Position numbers and translations under genes: made by a program
Shown: in pieces, positions 60,523 through 64,000 of the stretch
How the letters are laid out: every line of letters starts with the position of its first letter
Position numbering within the stretch: position 1 is the first letter of the stretch
Notes under the pieces: generated by a model
Databases searched by the model: none
Told to the model about the DNA's origin: nothing
Seen by the model: the letters and a program-made list of their open reading frames with translations, nothing else
Source: Candidatus Bathyarchaeota archaeon
GTDB taxonomy: Archaea; Thermoproteota; Bathyarchaeia; Bathyarchaeales; Bathycorpusculaceae
Assembly (NCBI GenBank): GCA_963832745.1
Contig: CAWHVC010000005.1
Location: 288,001 to 352,000, forward strand
DNA: 64,000 bases
Direction: 5' to 3'

Positions 60523-61578
60523 TTAGGCGCTTGTGTAGCGTTTGAATTCTAATTCAGCGTTTTCCAGTGAAGTCATTTGTGGTGGTCGTTTAAATCCGTA
60601 AGCGCTAATTGCTTCAACTGCACCCTTCTCTTTCTTTGTTAACGCTACCTTTGCTGCACGAACAACATCCATTAGGACGCTGCCTGCGTTTGGTGCGTCT
60701 ACTGTTTGGAATTTAAGGTCAATCTTCATGGGTGCATTGCAGAAGTAAACGCCTTCTATGTAGAAGTAACTGTCACGCTTATTCTGCAGGAAATCTACGT
60801 AGTCGGTTGAGCCTGCAACGATTTGGGTTTTGTAGGGTAATGCTGAAGCGACGGATTCTGTTTTGATTGCGCGTTTTGTTTCTTTTGTGCGTTCAAGGGT
60901 GTCAATGGATTCTGCGCCGCCGCCGACGTCAAGCTGGTATGTTTCAGTGATTTTTACTCCGCTGTCAGAGAGTAGTTTTAGCAAGGTTTTATGCAGGGCG
61001 GTTGAGCCGACTTGGTCTACTAGGTCGTCGCCGATGAGTGGTAATCCTGCTTTTTCAAACTGTTTTGCCCATTCTGGGTTGCTTGCTATAAAGTTGGGTG
61101 TAGCGTTAATGAATGCGCACCCGGCTGCGATGGCTTGTTTGGCGTAGTATTCGGTTGCTTTGATTGCTCCGCTTGGAAGCAAGTTTAGAACCATTTCTGT
61201 CTCGGAATCTTTAAGGACTTTAGCTACGTCAACATCAGGTTTGTTGCTTGCGTGAACAATATCTTTTGTTGAAACGCCGACTCCGTCGAGGAGTGGACCC
61301 TTATTTACTGTTACACCGGTTTTTGGTACTTGGGCTACTTTAGGGGTATTGATTGGTTTAGCGTAAATTGCTTCTGAAAGGTCTAATCCGACTTTACGTT
61401 CATCCACGTCAAAAGCTGCGACAACTTTGATGTCGCTTGGACTAAAACCTGCCAGTGTTGGATTACGTAAACCAACAAATTCTTCTGGCTTCACTGCCTT
61501 CCCGTAATACTGTAAACCTTGAAGGAAAGCTGAAGCGCAGTTTCCAACGCCGATTAATGCAACTTTAACTTTTGGCAC
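60523..61578 (-). CDS. ino1: Myo-inositol-1-phosphate synthase
   Basis: GVGNCAS..QG, AAFDVD..KVG, GDD...VG, YQLDVGG, DAPNAG. Confidence 0.88.
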   Translation of the reverse strand: MPKVKVALIGVGNCASAFLQGLQYYGKAVKPEEFVGLRNPTLAGFSPSDIKVVAAFDVDERKVGLDLSEAIYAKPINTPKVAQVPKTGVTVNKGPLLDGVGVSTKDIVHASNKPDVDVAKVLKDSETEMVLNLLPSGAIKATEYYAKQAIAAGCAFINATPNFIASNPEWAKQFEKAGLPLIGDDLVDQVGSTALHKTLLKLLSDSGVKITETYQLDVGGGAESIDTLERTKETKRAIKTESVASALPYKTQIVAGSTDYVDFLQNKRDSYFYIEGVYFCNAPMKIDLKFQTVDAPNAGSVLMDVVRAAKVALTKKEKGAVEAISAYGFKRPPQMTSLENAELEFKRYTSA

Positions 61579-61693
61579 TTCTTTGGCACCTGCTTAGCTT
61601 TCATATTTACGCCAGCCCTTATAAAAAGCTACGCCGCAACCCCGCAATTAAAAGTAGAAAGGCAAAGAAAAACGGCGGTTTCCAACAGGCTGC

Positions 61694-61966
61694 TAGGAGG
61701 TTTGGGGTTTCTGTTGCACATTTTTTTCTAATATCCCCCTGTTTTGATGGGTTTGTTTTGGGTTGCTTTTTTGAATCCGTGTTTGCTTTGGTTGCTGGGC
61801 ACGTCAAGGAAAGGCGGCAAGCGTCAACAGAGGTCAATTGACGTTAAAAGAAGCAACGAAAGGCAATGAACAACGCAATAAGGGTCGGGCACTAGCATGA
61901 CCCATTCAAGTGGGCTAAAGCATTTATCACATCCCAAACAAGAAACCAGCACCCCAACGGCTCCTA
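61694..61966. other. Self-complementary intergenic element (ncRNA or degenerate MITE candidate)
   Basis: Nested inverted repeats: TAGGAG..TTGGGGT / ACCCCAA..CTCCTA; 61748-61762 / 61933-61948; 61784-61796 / 61852-61865; CGTCAA / TTGACG; GGGTC / GACCC. Confidence 0.45.
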
Positions 61967-62033
61967 TAAACAATTTTGCGCCTGAAAAACGCTTTTTTAG
62001 AAAGCTTTTTGATTCAATATTCAAAAAATAAAC

Positions 62034-62840
62034 TTAATGCCTAACTTCATGCTCATGTTTCAAGTTAGCTTTTCGATACCTAAATACTACAATAGCGAAA
62101 ACTGAAAAAAGCAAAGGCAGAATCACCAACAATGACAATTCTGGAGCAGTTATAGTGACTTTACCGTCAGGTACACTCACCGTCTGTACTTCGCTCCATC
62201 CGCTTGATTCCCCAATGTAAACGTAATAGGTTTCAAGACCCACTGGTGTTACATATTTTGATGCGCTTGTGTATCCAATAAAAGCCTCTACTTTAAAGTC
62301 AATTTGACCGCCATCTTTGATTTCCCCGAAGGATGGTGGAATATAAATTGACTTATATTCTCCAGAGTCAAAAGGAAAGTGGCCAAAACCAAATTGAACC
62401 TTGTTTATTCCATCCTTTGAAGCCTGTAAATACTGGCTATCATTGCCGTAAAAGCCATAATCAGGAAGAAAATAATTCCAGCTTGACTCAAAATGCCCTT
62501 TGTAAGCCACTCTAAAATACAAACTTACAAAATTGCCTTGAACAGAATAATCATCTAATTTTTGAGTATAAATGGTCAAATCAATAGTCCCATTTTGAAC
62601 AGAATGCCCCTCTTTTCCCTCGGTTATCAAATGTTTTTCGCCTGTATAAGGGTCAGTATAGTAAGAAGGAGTTGTAGCTGGCTCATAATATGAATGGTCA
62701 TTTACCGTTATAGTAAATTCTGGTACAGACGGTTTGGGTATTGTTTGGGCATTTGCAGTTTTAACAATCGACACTGTTAGACATGACATAGCAACAATCA
62801 GAGCAAGGATTAATGCGGAAGCTTTGCCGATTTTACCCAT
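62034..62840 (-). CDS. Secreted/surface protein, KPSVPEFT family with PEF/PEL-TM tail
   Basis: Signal peptide, PKPSVPEFT, DPYTGE, YKGHF, GQIDFKVEAFIGY, SGWS..QT, APELS-TM-RYRK. Confidence 0.8.
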   Translation of the reverse strand: MGKIGKASALILALIVAMSCLTVSIVKTANAQTIPKPSVPEFTITVNDHSYYEPATTPSYYTDPYTGEKHLITEGKEGHSVQNGTIDLTIYTQKLDDYSVQGNFVSLYFRVAYKGHFESSWNYFLPDYGFYGNDSQYLQASKDGINKVQFGFGHFPFDSGEYKSIYIPPSFGEIKDGGQIDFKVEAFIGYTSASKYVTPVGLETYYVYIGESSGWSEVQTVSVPDGKVTITAPELSLLVILPLLFSVFAIVVFRYRKANLKHEHEVRH

Positions 62841-62964
62841 ACTTAATATCAGGCATGAGCAGGCGATAAAAGGCTATTCGTAAGCATTTCTTTACTAAAC
62901 CAAGTCAACATTTACTGACTAAAAAATAGATTAGCCCAATCAGCGAATTGTGTTCAGTTTGGCG

Positions 62965-63112
62965 TTTTTCCGTAAACACTGGTTTTCAACATATTAATGG
63001 CGCAAAAAACAGCCAATACGACCTACCCCCCTTAGGGTTTCTGTAAAAGCGCTGTTTTCTACCTACCCCCTATAGGTTCCTGCAATGAGTTTCTATTAGG
63101 ATCCAAATAGGC
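62965..63112 (-). repeat. Dispersed intergenic repeat, copy F (left arm + two tandem cores + right arm)
   Basis: CTATTAGGATCCAAATAG at 63093-63110; ACCTACCCCC at 63021 and 63061; TAAACACTGGTTTTCAACATATTAATGG. Confidence 0.88.
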
Positions 63113-63116
63113 TGGG

Positions 63117-63242
63117 CTAACTGATAGCTTCAAAACGTTTCCCGCAACCGTCACATTCGTAATCTTCTATCTTAAACATGAACGTCTCCAGCGTACGCAC
63201 TGGCTTGGCTACATTTTTGCCGCATCGAGGACAAGGCACCAA
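63117..63242 (-). CDS. 41-aa zinc-ribbon microprotein
   Basis: Manual translation MVPCPRCGKNVAKPVRTLETFMFKIEDYECDGCGKRFEAIS; GGGGTG RBS; below the ORF-track cutoff. Confidence 0.7.
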   Translation of the reverse strand: MVPCPRCGKNVAKPVRTLETFMFKIEDYECDGCGKRFEAIS

Positions 63243-63259
63243 CAACTACACCCCGCGGG

Positions 63260-63406
63260 TTACTGGCTGCTGACCTCAACCTTACGGATTTTACAGCACC
63301 AAGGAATCAACGCTTCCTTTCGGATGTCCTTCACAATCTGCTCATTCGAAGCCTGACTTGACTCATAACCTAACTCTATCTCAATAACTGCCTTTTTAGT
63401 TAACAT
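63260..63406 (-). CDS. 48-aa hypothetical microprotein
   Basis: Manual translation MLTKKAVIEIELGYESSQASNEQIVKDIRKEALIPWCCKIRKVEVSSQ; AGGAGA RBS. Confidence 0.65.
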   Translation of the reverse strand: MLTKKAVIEIELGYESSQASNEQIVKDIRKEALIPWCCKIRKVEVSSQ

Positions 63407-63500
63407 GTTTTCGGTCTCCTGTGTTTAGTAATATATTCTTAACTTATTCTTAACTTTTTTTATATTTATCCTCAACTTGATTGCTACGTTGATTAGGGCT

Positions 63501-63773
63501 ATGGACTGGACCAAATACGCATGGCTAAAACGAGGCAAAAGACGACAAATAACGCTTGAAGTTTTCAGAAAATCCCCCATACCCCTATCAATAAATGATA
63601 TTCACCTGCGGACCAAAGTTGCTCTTTCTCAAGCATCTGCAACAGTCTCTGAATTGGAAAATAAAAAGCTAATCCAGTGCCTAAACCCTCAAGATAAAAT
63701 AGGCAAACTCTACCAAATAACACAAGAGGGCAAAGAACTCATAGACGGACTAGATAATTCGCAAAGAACATAG
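63501..63773 (+). CDS. Winged-helix transcriptional regulator (ArsR/MarR-like)
   Basis: MDWTKYAWLKRGKRR...LSQASATVSELENKKLI...KLYQITQEG; divergent from the microprotein pair. Confidence 0.8.
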   Translation: MDWTKYAWLKRGKRRQITLEVFRKSPIPLSINDIHLRTKVALSQASATVSELENKKLIQCLNPQDKIGKLYQITQEGKELIDGLDNSQRT

Positions 63774-64000
63774 TTATTTGCAGGTTAACACGTAAACTTT
63801 TGATTTACGAACAGGCAAATAACACGATGACAATCCATTAATCAAATTAAAAACATGTTAATTGTTTGAAAAATTTTCCAAAATATTATCATTTACTTTT
63901 CAATAACAATTTTAAATGTAAAAAATAAGACAACTTTACACTAATTTTATTAATAAAATAAAATATTAATTACTTCATGGGTGAACGCTGGATTGCCACG

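Noticed and set aside
61694-61966. RNase P RNA or SRP RNA identity
   Set aside because: The GAGGAAAGUCC/P4 and CAGG..GGAA..AGCA helix-8 signatures are not convincingly present on either strand.
11879-63112. Calling the dispersed repeat a classical MITE, REP or CRISPR repeat
   Set aside because: No terminal inverted repeats or target-site duplication are visible, the copies are modular and split, and they are not tandem.
1-64000. CRISPR array, tRNA or rRNA genes
   Set aside because: I found no regularly spaced repeat-spacer run, cloverleaf/T-loop pattern or rRNA-like segment by eye. tRNAscan/Infernal were not run.

Overview
Archaeal chromosomal window, most consistent with Bathyarchaeia (TACK). 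The basis is mch, AfpA, eL13/eL15/P1, RNase P proteins, an SmAP3-like Lsm, archaeal AsnA, ArcTGT and a stand-alone EF-2 paralogue; this assignment is inference from gene content. Housekeeping genes are interleaved with small accessory blocks: PEF-type surface proteins, a bacterial-type ClpB, a PAS histidine kinase, a NosD protein and membrane-anchored wHTH regulators. I found no rRNA, tRNA, CRISPR array, transposase or integrase. Several genes between 12 and 25 kb are broken by indels or a stop, most likely consensus errors. The structure not explained by the gene calls is: (1) a modular intergenic repeat in six pieces, with an 18-bp GGATCC-centred palindrome and a CCTA(T/A)..GGGGTAGG core, seen with one core, two cores, or split around a surface-protein gene, as in a cassette or recombination-site system; (2) a TTTGACTA-N6-TAGTCAAA operator before three consecutive genes, two of them membrane-tethered wHTH regulators; (3) three adjacent paralogous COG1665-like nucleotidyltransferases beside citG and mch; (4) a ~270-nt self-complementary intergenic element and structured leaders before rpl15e and clpB.
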